A stretch of DNA of 54,303 nucleotides from Clostridia bacterium. Its GTDB lineage: Bacteria; Bacillota; Clostridia; UMGS1883. How positions within the stretch are numbered: position 1 is the stretch's first letter; every line of letters begins with the position of its first letter. The notes under the pieces are model-generated. The model saw only the letters and a program-made list of their open reading frames with translations, made no database searches and was not told the origin of the DNA. The translations under genes and the position numbers were made by a program. The DNA lies in NCBI GenBank assembly GCA_045596985.1, contig JAZODM010000019.1, positions 1 to 54,303 of the forward strand, in the 5' to 3' direction. This document shows positions 26,245 to 35,738 of this stretch, in pieces.

Positions 26245-27453
26245 CTACCGAAATAACCTTATCCTTGATATATAACCGCCTGCTTTTTCGAGCTTTTCAT
26301 CAAGCTCCTTAACGCTCATAAGCGGTGAAACAAAGCCGAAGTCTGAAACACCCTTAATAATTTCCACATTTGGGAAAAGGGACGCAATCTTTTCTTTCTG
26401 CGCTTCCTCTATACGTACAAAGAATTTTGTATTAATATCCTCATAGGGAATAATCTTTTCTTTATCCGCATCGCCCCACGAATAATAGGGATTATATTTT
26501 CCGTCTCTTACAATATCTATAACATCGCCGACAACCGCACTCGCCGTGGGAAGCATTCCTGCTCCTCTGCCGTAAAACATCAGTGTGTCAACCATATTAC
26601 CCTTTACTGTAACGGCATTGAAAACGTCCTCAACCGATGAAAGGGGATGTGACGAAGGAATAAGCATAGGCTCAACAGATGCGCTGACCTTACCGTTTTC
26701 CACAAATCCGCATCCAATAAGCTTGATTGTGCAGCCGATTGCCGCCGCATATGTTACATCCTCGGCACTAACCTTGCGAATGCCCTTTGTATTTATATCT
26801 TCACATTCAATTTTTCTGCCCGTTACAAGCGACATCAAAATTGCAATCTTTCTGCACGCATCGTGTCCGTCAACATCTGCCGTGGGGTCTTTTTCAGCAT
26901 AACCAAGCTCCTGCGCATTTTTAAGTGCGTTTTCAAAGCTGTCATTTTCCTTGAACATTTTTGTCAGGATGTAGTTTGTAGTACCGTTTAAAATACCTGA
27001 AACATTTACTACCTCATTTGCGCTGACATCGCAGGCAAGCGGTCTTATAACAGGTATTCCTCCTCCAACAGACGCCTCATAAAGATAGCGCACATTCTTT
27101 TCCTTTGCAATGCGGAAAAATTCTTCACCGTGCGTAGCAACAAGCTCCTTATTACTTGTAACAACGCTTTTCCCGCTTTCAAGAAGTGCTTTTGTGTATT
27201 CATAGGCAAATTTTATTCCGCCCATAGTTTCAACAACAATCTCGATTTCACCATCATTTAAAAGGTCATTAAAATCCTTTGTAAAAAGATGACTTTCCTT
27301 ATGGTCTGAAAAGTCCCTGATGTCAAGGATTCTCTTTACATCAATTTCCTCTCCCGACTTTTTTGTAAGGACATCTTTGTTTTTTCTGATAATTTCATAT
27401 ACTCCGGAGCCAACAACTCCAAAGCCTATAATAGCAATTTTTTTCATTGGCAC
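26245..27453 (-). CDS. hom: Homoserine dehydrogenase
   Basis: IAIIGFGVVGSG NAD-binding N-terminus, a Homoserine_dh core (VTSNKELVA, LNGTTNYIL), and a C-terminal ACT-like domain. Confidence 0.92.
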   Translation of the reverse strand: MPMKKIAIIGFGVVGSGVYEIIRKNKDVLTKKSGEEIDVKRILDIRDFSDHKESHLFTKDFNDLLNDGEIEIVVETMGGIKFAYEYTKALLESGKSVVTSNKELVATHGEEFFRIAKEKNVRYLYEASVGGGIPVIRPLACDVSANEVVNVSGILNGTTNYILTKMFKENDSFENALKNAQELGYAEKDPTADVDGHDACRKIAILMSLVTGRKIECEDINTKGIRKVSAEDVTYAAAIGCTIKLIGCGFVENGKVSASVEPMLIPSSHPLSSVEDVFNAVTVKGNMVDTLMFYGRGAGMLPTASAVVGDVIDIVRDGKYNPYYSWGDADKEKIIPYEDINTKFFVRIEEAQKEKIASLFPNVEIIKGVSDFGFVSPLMSVKELDEKLEKAGGYISRIRLFR

Positions 27454-27464
27454 GCCTTCCTTTT

Positions 27465-27899
27465 TTACTGCTTTGCGAGGATATTAACCTTTCGCACACC
27501 ACGTACGCTGTTAATCCCCGTTATGAGCCGGTCTGTACTCAGCCGCATATTTTCCGTCTGAAGTGTAACGGTGATATTTGCCACACCGTTTACCGGCACA
27601 TTTTGATTTATCGTAAGAATATTACAGCCTGCGTCACTCATAACCGCAAGCACGTCACTAAGCACCCCTTTAAGGTCAATCACCGCTATAAGGAGCGTAA
27701 GTATTCCCTGCATCTGATTAAAGGGGAACACATAGTCCTTATATTTATAATACGCACTTCGTGATACGTTTGCTATCTGGGAAGCCTCATTAACAGTCTC
27801 GGCTTTACCGCTGTCAAGCAATTCCTTCACCATAAGCACCTTGTGATAAACCGGCGGAAGTACCGATAAATCGGCAATTACAAGCTTCCTTTCGTCCAT
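27465..27899 (-). CDS. ACT-domain protein with N-terminal HTH (UPF0735/PheB-like)
   Basis: MDERKLVIADLSVLPPVYHKVLMVKELLDSGKAETVNEASQIANVSRSAYYKYKDYVFPF followed by an ACT fold. The ATG at 27899 has SD GGTGGTGGA. Confidence 0.75.
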   Translation of the reverse strand: MDERKLVIADLSVLPPVYHKVLMVKELLDSGKAETVNEASQIANVSRSAYYKYKDYVFPFNQMQGILTLLIAVIDLKGVLSDVLAVMSDAGCNILTINQNVPVNGVANITVTLQTENMRLSTDRLITGINSVRGVRKVNILAKQ

Positions 27900-27983
27900 A
27901 TGTCCACCACCTGCGTACATTTGTCTTTAGATATGATATCACTGCAGATGGCTTTTGTCAACAAATTTTTCTAAATAATTTCA

Positions 27984-28823
27984 TTATCTTTTATATTCGT
28001 TATATATATCCCGCTTTGGCACACTGCGGTCCTTTGCCGCCGCCTTGATGGCTTCTTTTTCATCCATTCCTTTTTTTATATACATATCAACGTGCTCTCT
28101 TATGGAAATGCCTTCCCATTCGCCCTTTTTCTCATCCTCTATCTGATTACGGCTCTTTCCCTCTACTACAAGGACAAATTCCCCTCTTGGCGGATTTTCC
28201 TCATAATGCGCAATCGCTTCGCTCAGCGTTGTACGGAAAAATTCCTCGTGTATTTTTGTTATCTCACGGCAAAGGCAGATGCGCCTTTCTCCAAAGGAAG
28301 CATACATATCCTTAAGCGTTGTCCTAAGCTTATGCGGTGCTTCATAAAAAATCATTGTTCTTTCTTCGTTTTCAAGGGATTTGAGCATTTCGTTTCTGCC
28401 CCTTTTATTCACGGTAAGAAACCCTTCAAACGTAAATCTTCCCGTAGGAAGACCGCTTGCAATCAGTGCATTTATTCCCGCAACTGCACCGGGAACGGGA
28501 ACAACGCACACATCATTTTCAGCGCAAAGTGCCACAAGGTCCTCCCCGGGGTCACTTATAGCAGGTGTCCCTGCATCACTTACAAGTGCGATATTCTTGC
28601 CCTCTTTCATCAGGCTAATAAGATATTCGCCCTTTTCACGTCTGTTATGCTCAAAATAGCTTGTCATCGGCTTTTCTATTCCGAGGTGATTTAAAAGCCC
28701 CAGTGTCCTCCTGGTATCCTCTGCGGCTATCATATCAACACTTTTTAAAACCTCGACACATCTGTAGGTAATATCACCTAAGTTTCCTATAGGCGTTGCA
28801 CATAAATAGAGTTTTCCGCTCAT
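27984..28823 (-). CDS. rsmI: 16S rRNA (cytidine1402-2'-O)-methyltransferase
   Basis: LYLCATPIGNLGDITYR, AEDTRRT, SDAGTPAISDPG. Confidence 0.9.
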   Translation of the reverse strand: MSGKLYLCATPIGNLGDITYRCVEVLKSVDMIAAEDTRRTLGLLNHLGIEKPMTSYFEHNRREKGEYLISLMKEGKNIALVSDAGTPAISDPGEDLVALCAENDVCVVPVPGAVAGINALIASGLPTGRFTFEGFLTVNKRGRNEMLKSLENEERTMIFYEAPHKLRTTLKDMYASFGERRICLCREITKIHEEFFRTTLSEAIAHYEENPPRGEFVLVVEGKSRNQIEDEKKGEWEGISIREHVDMYIKKGMDEKEAIKAAAKDRSVPKRDIYNEYKR

Positions 28824-29554
28824 AATAACTGCCCTTTCTCCAGTGACTGTAAATAGTTTCCCTCATTATCATACATAAATACTGCGCTTTCCATTTTAAG
28901 CTGCGGCTTTCCGCCCTCTGCACCTTCAACAAGGATAAGTGATGCCGCCTTCCCCTCCGACGGATAAACAATCCGCATTCTCTTTGGCTCAATACGGTAT
29001 TTACGCATCGTTGTTATAACATCGCACATTCTGTCTGCACGATGCACCATAAAAAGCTTTCCGCAGGGCTTTAAGACATCTCTGGCGGCTTTTACCACAT
29101 CGTCAAGATTGCACGCAATTTCGTGACGTGCAAGTGCAAGGCGGTCTTTTGGGTTTACTATCCCTCCGCCTACATTCATATACGGCGGATTGCACGTAAC
29201 GGCGTCAAAGGCGCGCCTGCCGTATATTTTCAGCACATCTTTTATATCGCCGCAATGCACACGTATTTTATCTGAAAGGTTATTAAGCTCCATTGTACGC
29301 TGTGCCATATCGGCAACCTGGGGTACAATTTCAACGGCATCAATACCCGAAAGTTCATTAAGTCCCCATAAAAGAACAGGAATAATACCCGTTCCCGTGC
29401 ATAAATCAAGCACCCTTGCACCTTTTTTAGGCTTTGCAAACCTTGAAAGCAATACCGCATCGCTTCCAAAACAAAAACCGCTTTTATCCTGAATTACTTT
29501 ATATCCTTTGAGGTTTAAATCCTCAACCTTTTCATATTCGTAAACCATATACAT
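28820..29554 (-). CDS. SAM-dependent methyltransferase, YabB / tRNA(m6A37) TrmN6-like
   Basis: VLDLCTGTGI SAM motif and NPPY motif (VTCNPPYMN). Lies upstream of rsmI with a 4-nt overlap, as yabB does in Bacillus. Confidence 0.75.
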   Translation of the reverse strand: MYMVYEYEKVEDLNLKGYKVIQDKSGFCFGSDAVLLSRFAKPKKGARVLDLCTGTGIIPVLLWGLNELSGIDAVEIVPQVADMAQRTMELNNLSDKIRVHCGDIKDVLKIYGRRAFDAVTCNPPYMNVGGGIVNPKDRLALARHEIACNLDDVVKAARDVLKPCGKLFMVHRADRMCDVITTMRKYRIEPKRMRIVYPSEGKAASLILVEGAEGGKPQLKMESAVFMYDNEGNYLQSLEKGQLL

Positions 29555-29570
29555 ACCCTGTTTCTAAAGC

Positions 29571-29595
29571 AAAAGCCGCCTTTGTGGCGGCTTTT
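29571..29595 (-). terminator. Terminator of the ferredoxin gene
   Basis: AAAAGCCGCC-TTTGT-GGCGGCTTTT hairpin with A and T tracts (bidirectional form). Confidence 0.8.
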
Positions 29596-29610
29596 GACTT
29601 GTTTTTTTAA

Positions 29611-29784
29611 TTACTCAGCAGGATTGGGAGCAGCTACAGGACATACACCTGCACATGCGCCGCACTCTACGCAAGCGTCTGCGTCGATTACGTACTTGCC
29701 ATCGCCCTCAGAAATACATTCACAGGGGCACTCGCCTGCACATGCACCGCAACCGATGCAATCATCATTAATAATATAAGCCAT
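29611..29784 (-). CDS. fdx: 2x[4Fe-4S] clostridial-type ferredoxin (57 aa; absent from the ORF track because it is under 60 aa)
   Basis: Minus-strand translation is MAYIINDDCIGCGACAGECPCECISEGDGKYVIDADACVECGACAGVCPVAAPNPAE, with two CxxCxxCxxxCP motifs. SD AGAGGTG is upstream and a terminator is downstream. Confidence 0.88.
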   Translation of the reverse strand: MAYIINDDCIGCGACAGECPCECISEGDGKYVIDADACVECGACAGVCPVAAPNPAE

Positions 29785-29946
29785 TATTTTACACCTCTTT
29801 TACGTGAATTATACTTACATTGTAGCATAAAAATATTAAAATTCAATAGTTTTTTTTGCTTTTGTCGTATTTTTGCTTGAATAACGACTTTATTTTATAT
29901 ATAATATGTAGGAACGAAAGACAAGTTTTTTCAGGGGGCAATTATT

Positions 29947-31014
29947 TTGAAAACCATCAAATCTGTACTCAACCACATTTTTATTGACGGACTCAGCGGA
30001 ATGGCTCTGGGGCTTTTTGCAACACTTATTGTGGGAACAATCCTTTCACAAATCGGCACGCTTTTTGTAGGCGGCTCGTTTGGAAATCTGCTCTTTACGG
30101 CAGGTAAGATTGCATCCCTTCTTACAGGTGCAGGTATCGGATGCGGCGTTGCATATAAATTCAAGGAGTCACCCCTTGTTGTTTTAAGTGCCGCAACCTG
30201 CGGTATGATCGGCGCATACGCAGAAAAAATCATTTCAGGTGCTATAATATCCGACGGTGTGTTTACAATCACCCCTCCCGGTGAGCCGCTCGGTGCGTTT
30301 GTTGCCGCATATATAGGTATTCTTGCAGGTCATCTTGTAAGTGGAAGAACAAAGGTGGACATCCTTATAACACCTCTTGTAAGTATAATTGCAGGAAGTA
30401 TTGCAGGAATTTTTGTGGGACCTCCCATTTCCTCCTTTATGACATACCTCGGCTCTCTTGTAAACTGGGGAACACAGCAGCAGCCTTTCCTTATGGGAAT
30501 AGTTGTAAGTGTTCTGATGGGAATGTTCCTTACTCTGCCGATAAGCTCTGCGGCAATCGGTATTGTACTTGGTCTTGACGGACTTGCGGCAGGGGCGGCA
30601 ACAGTTGGCTGCTGTGCAAATATGATTGGTTTTGCAGTAGCAAGCTACCGTGAAAATAAGCTTGGCGGTCTTTTGGCGCAGGGACTTGGCACAAGTATGC
30701 TTCAAATCCCCAATATTGTAAGAAAGCCGCTTATATGGCTTCCTGCAATTGTGTCAAGTGCCGTGTTAGGGCCTGTTTCCACAATGGTATTTAAAATGAC
30801 AAGCAATGCAACAGGCTCAGGTATGGGAACGGCAGGTCTTATCGGGCCGATTATGTCCTTCCGCACAATGATTGACAAAGTGCCCTTTGCTACTGCTCTT
30901 ACTTATAATATAACGATTTATTTCGTTCTTCCCGCTATCATTTCTCTTTGCGTTTCTGAATTTATGCGCAGACATAAATTCATTTCCTATGGCGATATGT
31001 CGCTTGATATATGA
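29947..31014 (+). CDS. Polytopic membrane protein, PTS EIIC_2-like (no EIIA/EIIB partner nearby)
   Basis: 355 aa and highly hydrophobic. TTG start with SD AGGGGG. The similarity to the PTS_EIIC_2 family is recalled from memory and not verified. Confidence 0.5.
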   Translation: MKTIKSVLNHIFIDGLSGMALGLFATLIVGTILSQIGTLFVGGSFGNLLFTAGKIASLLTGAGIGCGVAYKFKESPLVVLSAATCGMIGAYAEKIISGAIISDGVFTITPPGEPLGAFVAAYIGILAGHLVSGRTKVDILITPLVSIIAGSIAGIFVGPPISSFMTYLGSLVNWGTQQQPFLMGIVVSVLMGMFLTLPISSAAIGIVLGLDGLAAGAATVGCCANMIGFAVASYRENKLGGLLAQGLGTSMLQIPNIVRKPLIWLPAIVSSAVLGPVSTMVFKMTSNATGSGMGTAGLIGPIMSFRTMIDKVPFATALTYNITIYFVLPAIISLCVSEFMRRHKFISYGDMSLDI

Positions 31015-31958
31015 TGAAGATAGGAAACGTAACCTTAAAAAACAATGTATTTCTTGCCCCTATGGCAGGTGTTACAGACCTCGCTTTCCGTATAATCTGT
31101 GACCGCTATGGTGCAGGTCTTTCATATACGGAAATGATTAGTGCAAAGGCGCTTTCCTTTGAGGATAAGAAGACTGCTGCCCTTATAGAAACAAAGGATC
31201 TTCCGACGGCAGTTCAGCTTTTCGGCAGTGACGCTTTTGTTATGGGCGAGGTTGTCACCGAGACTGAAAAGCACGGACTTTTTACAGATATTAATATGGG
31301 ATGCCCTGCCCCGAAAATCACAGGCAACGGAGAGGGCAGTGCTCTTATGAAGGATTTAAACCTTGCAGAAAAAATTATTGATGCAGTCTGCAAAAATGCG
31401 ACCAAGCCCGTAACCGTAAAAATGCGCAGTGGTTGGGACAGTGACAATATAAATGCAGTGGAGCTTGCACGAATTGCCGAGAGGTGCGGCGCAGCCGCAA
31501 TAACAGTGCATGCAAGAACGAGGGAGCAGTTTTACAGTGGCACTGCTGATAGAAGCCTTATTGCCGAGGTCTCTAAAAATGTTTCCATCCCCGTTATTGC
31601 AAACGGCGATATTTTTTCAGCGGAAAGTGCACGTGATATGCTCTCTGAGACGGGTGCCGCCGCAGTAATGGTTGGCAGGGGCGCGCAGGGAAATCCGTGG
31701 ATATTTTCGCAGATAAATGAGCTTTTTAAAGATGGCTCTGTTACTACAGACCCCTCCCCGAAGGAGAAAATCAGCCTTGCGATGGAGCATATTTCCCTTT
31801 TATGCTCTCTAAAGGGCGAATATATCGGCATACGGGAGGCACGAAAGCACGCCTCCTGGTATATAAAGGGGCTTAGCGGTGCGGCATCACTAAGGAATAA
31901 AATCAATACCGCCGTTACCCTTGACCAGATGAACAGTATTTTACACGAACTTCTTTAA
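31011..31958 (+). CDS. dusB: tRNA-dihydrouridine synthase
   Basis: LAPMAGVTDLAFR, NMGCPAPK, and a TIM-barrel Dus pattern. The start overlaps the upstream stop (ATGATGA). Confidence 0.9.
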   Translation: MMKIGNVTLKNNVFLAPMAGVTDLAFRIICDRYGAGLSYTEMISAKALSFEDKKTAALIETKDLPTAVQLFGSDAFVMGEVVTETEKHGLFTDINMGCPAPKITGNGEGSALMKDLNLAEKIIDAVCKNATKPVTVKMRSGWDSDNINAVELARIAERCGAAAITVHARTREQFYSGTADRSLIAEVSKNVSIPVIANGDIFSAESARDMLSETGAAAVMVGRGAQGNPWIFSQINELFKDGSVTTDPSPKEKISLAMEHISLLCSLKGEYIGIREARKHASWYIKGLSGAASLRNKINTAVTLDQMNSILHELL

Positions 31959-31979
31959 TTACCGAAAGGATTGATACAG

Positions 31980-32753
31980 ATGCGTATAGCAGTAAAGGTA
32001 GGTACATCAACGCTGGCACACAGCACGGGACACCTTAATATCCGCCACGTGGAGGAGCTTTGTAAGGTTTTAAGCGACCTTAAAAACGCAGGGAATGAAA
32101 TTATCCTCATCTCTTCAGGCGCGATAGGAATGGGTGTGGGTAAGCTTTCTCTTGGAACCAGGCCATCCGATATGCCTACAAAGCAGGCTGCCGCCGCAGT
32201 AGGTCAGTGTGAGCTTATGTATACATATGACAAGCTTTTTTCAGAATATAACCATACTGTTGCACAGCTTCTCGTTACTGCACCCGATATTGAGGATACG
32301 TGCCGCGGTGAAAACTTCCGCAACACGGTACAAAGGCTTATCGAACTTGGTGCACTGCCTGTCATTAATGAAAATGATACCGTCGCAACAGAGGAAATTT
32401 CTGTGGGCGATAACGATACACTAAGCGCACTTGTTGCGCAAAGCTGCAAGGCAGACTTGCTTGTACTTCTTTCGGATATTGACGGTCTTTACACGGCAGA
32501 CCCGCACAAAGATAAAAATGCCACACTTATAAGTGAGGTTAAGGAAATTACCCCCGAAATTCTTTCTCTTGCAGGGGGCAAGGGGTCAGACCTTGGAACA
32601 GGCGGAATGGCAACAAAGCTTCACGCCGCACAAATCTGCACAAAGAGCGGCATTGATATGATTATCGCAAACGGCGCATCTCCTGCCATTTTGTATGATA
32701 TTCTTGACGGCAAAAATGTCGGCACAAAATTCTTAGGGGGGAGCTTAAAATGA
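31980..32753 (+). CDS. proB: Glutamate 5-kinase (short form, no PUA domain)
   Basis: MRIAVKVGTSTL, ISSGAIG, NENDTVA, DNDTLSA. Confidence 0.9.
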   Translation: MRIAVKVGTSTLAHSTGHLNIRHVEELCKVLSDLKNAGNEIILISSGAIGMGVGKLSLGTRPSDMPTKQAAAAVGQCELMYTYDKLFSEYNHTVAQLLVTAPDIEDTCRGENFRNTVQRLIELGALPVINENDTVATEEISVGDNDTLSALVAQSCKADLLVLLSDIDGLYTADPHKDKNATLISEVKEITPEILSLAGGKGSDLGTGGMATKLHAAQICTKSGIDMIIANGASPAILYDILDGKNVGTKFLGGSLK

Positions 32754-33997
32754 CAACTGCCCAAATTCTTGAAAACGCTCGCAGTGCAAAGGCACAGGCA
32801 ATGCTTCTTGATACGGAGCAAAAAAACACTGTTCTTTTAAAAATGGCTGATGCCCTTTTGGAGGGCTGTGACGAAATTCTTGCTGCAAATGCTATTGACG
32901 TTCAAAATTCCAGAGGGATAATCTCCGACGTTATGATAGACCGCCTGACACTTTCTTCCGAAAGAATAGCACAAATGGCGCAGGGAATACGTGACGTGGC
33001 AACTCTTCCTGACCCCGTGGGTAATGTTCTTTCTTCATATGAACGCCCTGACGGACTTTTAATAGAAAAGGTGGCAGTGCCCATTGGTGTTACCGCCATT
33101 ATTTATGAGAGCCGCCCCAATGTTACGAGTGATGCCGCCGCACTTTCCCTTAAAAGCGGTAATGTGTCTGTTCTTCGTGTCGGTAAAGAGGCACATAACA
33201 GTGCCAAAGCCATTGTAAATGCTCTCAGAAAAGCACTTTTGCAGTGTAATCTCCCTGAAAACCTGATTAACCTTATAGAAGATACCACAAGGGCAAGTGC
33301 GACAGAGCTGATGCAGGCAGCAGGATACGTTGACCTTCTTATTCCAAGAGGCGGTGCAGGACTTATAAATGCCTGCCTTGAGAACGCTAAAGTTCCGTGC
33401 ATACAGACGGGAACGGGTATTTGTCATATTTACGTTGATGAGAGTGCCGATTTTTCTATGGCGCTTAATATAATCGAAAACGCAAAAACAAGTCGGCCCT
33501 CCGTATGCAACGCGGCAGAAAGTCTTATCGTGCACGAAAAAATTGCAGACGATTTTCTTCCCCTTGTAAAGGAGCGCCTTGTCACAAACCGCGCGCAAAA
33601 CCCGGTAGAGCTTCGATGCGATGAAAAGGCATATGAAATTATCGGCGGCATAAAGGCAGGAAAAGATGATTTTGATACAGAATTTCTTGACTACATTCTG
33701 GCAGTAAGTGTTGCGAGGGATATTAACGAGGCTATACTGCATATCAGCAAGCACTCTACGGGTCACAGTGAAAGCATCCTTACCCAAAGTGAAGAAAACG
33801 CGCGCCTTTTCACTACTGCCGTAGACAGCGCTGCAGTTTATGTGAATGCATCAACACGCTTCACCGACGGCGGCGAATTTGGTCTTGGATGCGAAATGGG
33901 TATTTCTACACAAAAGCTTCACGCAAGAGGGCCTATGGGACTTTGCGAGCTTACTGCGTACAAATATATAGTAAAAGGTAACGGACATATAAGGTGA
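32750..33997 (+). CDS. proA: Glutamate-5-semialdehyde dehydrogenase
   Basis: 415 aa with IYESRPNVT and the catalytic-Cys region SRPSVCNAAESL. ATGA overlap with proB. Confidence 0.93.
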   Translation: MTTAQILENARSAKAQAMLLDTEQKNTVLLKMADALLEGCDEILAANAIDVQNSRGIISDVMIDRLTLSSERIAQMAQGIRDVATLPDPVGNVLSSYERPDGLLIEKVAVPIGVTAIIYESRPNVTSDAAALSLKSGNVSVLRVGKEAHNSAKAIVNALRKALLQCNLPENLINLIEDTTRASATELMQAAGYVDLLIPRGGAGLINACLENAKVPCIQTGTGICHIYVDESADFSMALNIIENAKTSRPSVCNAAESLIVHEKIADDFLPLVKERLVTNRAQNPVELRCDEKAYEIIGGIKAGKDDFDTEFLDYILAVSVARDINEAILHISKHSTGHSESILTQSEENARLFTTAVDSAAVYVNASTRFTDGGEFGLGCEMGISTQKLHARGPMGLCELTAYKYIVKGNGHIR

Positions 33998-34009
33998 GGA
34001 GGTAAACTA

Positions 34010-34810
34010 ATGAAAATAGGATTTATCGGTTGCGGAAATATGGGCGGTGCTCTTTGCAGCGCTGCGGCAAAGGCTATTGGCGGGGAAAATATCTACGCCT
34101 CTGATTTTATAAGTGAAAAAGTCACTATGCTATGCGAAAGCATTGACGCAAACCCCTCTTCAAACGAAGAAATTTCAAAATACTGTAAGTATATCTTTCT
34201 TGGGGTAAAGCCTCAGGTGATGGAGGCGACACTCAAGGAAATTGCACCCGTTCTTAAAAAAAGAAAAGATGACTTCACGCTTGTTTCTATGGCGGCGGGA
34301 ATTTCTACCGATGTAATTTTAAAAACACTGGGCTTTAACTGCCCGCTTGTGCGTATTATGCCAAATACCCCCTGTGCGGTGGGTGAGGGGGTAATTCTTT
34401 ATAGCCCTGCGGCATCTTTTGATATGTCTGCACAAAAAGAATTTGAAAGCATTTTCTCCTGCGCAGGCATTATAGATAAAATTCCCGAAACCCTTATTGA
34501 TGCGGCAAGTGCCGTTTCAGGCTGCGGTCCTGCTTTTGTTTATTTATTTATAGAGGCTCTGGCAGATGGCGCTGTAGCCTGCGGACTTCCCAGGGATAAG
34601 GCACTTTTATATGCGGCAGAAACAGTTAAGGGTGCATCAGAAATGGTTATAAAATCAGAGAAGCATCCCGGGGAGCTTAAGGATGCAGTATGCTCTCCCG
34701 GCGGAACAACGATTGAGGGTGTTCGCGCTCTTGAAGAGGGCGGACTTCGCGCAAGTGCAATGAACGCCGTTATAAAGGCATTTGAGAAGACGCTGAAGCT
34801 CAAAAAATAG
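34010..34810 (+). CDS. proC: Pyrroline-5-carboxylate reductase
   Basis: IGFIGCGNMG, and the C-terminal signature VCSPGGTTIEG. Confidence 0.92.
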   Translation: MKIGFIGCGNMGGALCSAAAKAIGGENIYASDFISEKVTMLCESIDANPSSNEEISKYCKYIFLGVKPQVMEATLKEIAPVLKKRKDDFTLVSMAAGISTDVILKTLGFNCPLVRIMPNTPCAVGEGVILYSPAASFDMSAQKEFESIFSCAGIIDKIPETLIDAASAVSGCGPAFVYLFIEALADGAVACGLPRDKALLYAAETVKGASEMVIKSEKHPGELKDAVCSPGGTTIEGVRALEEGGLRASAMNAVIKAFEKTLKLKK

Positions 34811-34839
34811 TCAAAATTTTGTATATTTACAAAAAATGC

Positions 34840-34868
34840 TTGCAAATTTATTCATATCAACTTATAAT
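34840..34868 (+). promoter_or_regulatory. SigA-type promoter of the amino-acid ABC operon
   Basis: TTGCAA (34840-34845), a 17-nt spacer, then TATAAT (34863-34868). Confidence 0.65.
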
Positions 34869-34904
34869 GTTATTGTTAAAATTATTTTTTGGAGGTTACA
34901 TATT

Positions 34905-35666
34905 ATGAAAAAGATTATTTCTCTTGTTCTTGCATTAGCTCTTTGTGTATTTGTATTTGCTGCCTGCGGCGAAGAAAAGGCAGACACAAACGTTCTTACA
35001 ATGGCTACCAATGCAGAGTTCCCCCCCTACGAATTTTACGAGGGTGAAAAGGTTGTAGGTATTGATGCTGAAATCGCTGGTGTTATCGCAGAAAAGCTCG
35101 GTATGGAGCTTGAAATTGTAGACACTGCATTTGACTCAATCATCCCCGCTATTGTAGCAGGTAAGTATGATATGGGTATGGCAGGTATGACAGTTACAGA
35201 GGAAAGACTTGAAGAGGTTAACTTCTCTGACAGCTACGCAACAGGTGTTCAGGTTGTTATCGTAAACAAGGATTCCGAGATTAAGACTGTTGATGACCTC
35301 TTCGGTGATAAGAATTATACAATCGGTGTACAGACAGGTACAACAGGTGACCTTTACTCAACCTGGGATATCGAGGATGAGGGACTTGGAAAGGTTTCCC
35401 GTTTCAACAAGGGTGCTGACGCTGTTGAGGCTCTTAAGATAGGTAAGGTTGACTGCGTTATCATCGACAACGAGCCTGCAAAGGCATTCGTTGCAGAAAG
35501 CGAAAGTCTTGTAATTCTTGATACAGCTTATGCTGAAGAGCAGTATGCTATCGCAGTTTCAAAGGAAAATACAGAGCTTCTTGACTCTATCAACAAGGCT
35601 CTTTCAGAGCTTACAGAAGACGGAACTCTTCAGAAAATAGTAGATAAGTACATTAGTGCAGAATAA
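34905..35666 (+). CDS. Amino-acid ABC transporter substrate-binding lipoprotein
   Basis: MKKIISLVLALALCVFVFAACGEEK (lipobox FAAC) with SD GGAGG 7 nt upstream. SBP_bac_3 pattern (GIDAEIA, MTVTEER, GVQTGTTG). Confidence 0.88.
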   Translation: MKKIISLVLALALCVFVFAACGEEKADTNVLTMATNAEFPPYEFYEGEKVVGIDAEIAGVIAEKLGMELEIVDTAFDSIIPAIVAGKYDMGMAGMTVTEERLEEVNFSDSYATGVQVVIVNKDSEIKTVDDLFGDKNYTIGVQTGTTGDLYSTWDIEDEGLGKVSRFNKGADAVEALKIGKVDCVIIDNEPAKAFVAESESLVILDTAYAEEQYAIAVSKENTELLDSINKALSELTEDGTLQKIVDKYISAE

Positions 35667-35680
35667 TCTAATCTGAAACC

Positions 35681-35710
35681 AAAGCGGCTTTCCGTTTGGA
35701 GAGCCGCTTT
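35681..35710 (+). other. Intercistronic hairpin between the SBP and permease genes
   Basis: AAAGCGGCT-12 nt-AGCCGCTTT with a poor T run. This is a partial terminator or mRNA-stabilising stem, as is common after SBP genes. Confidence 0.5.
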
Positions 35711-35738
35711 AAAATTTCAGGAAAGGCTGTGTTACTCT

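Noticed and set aside
26233-27464. Looked for a lysine riboswitch (L-box) upstream of lysC, or a leader upstream of hom
   Set aside because: The gaps are only about 11-12 nt, and the genes appear co-transcribed with the upstream ACT-domain gene. There is no room for a riboswitch.
28092-28694. 200-aa plus-strand ORF
   Set aside because: It is antisense to rsmI, which has clear family motifs. There is no SD, and the composition is typical of an antisense frame.
29582-29779. 65-aa plus-strand ORF
   Set aside because: It is antisense to the 57-aa ferredoxin gene, which has canonical cluster motifs, an SD and a terminator.
33059-33787. 242-aa minus-strand ORF
   Set aside because: It lies entirely antisense to the strongly supported proA. 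Its translation is Cys/Lys/Phe-rich with no recognisable motif and no SD. It is a typical shadow ORF.
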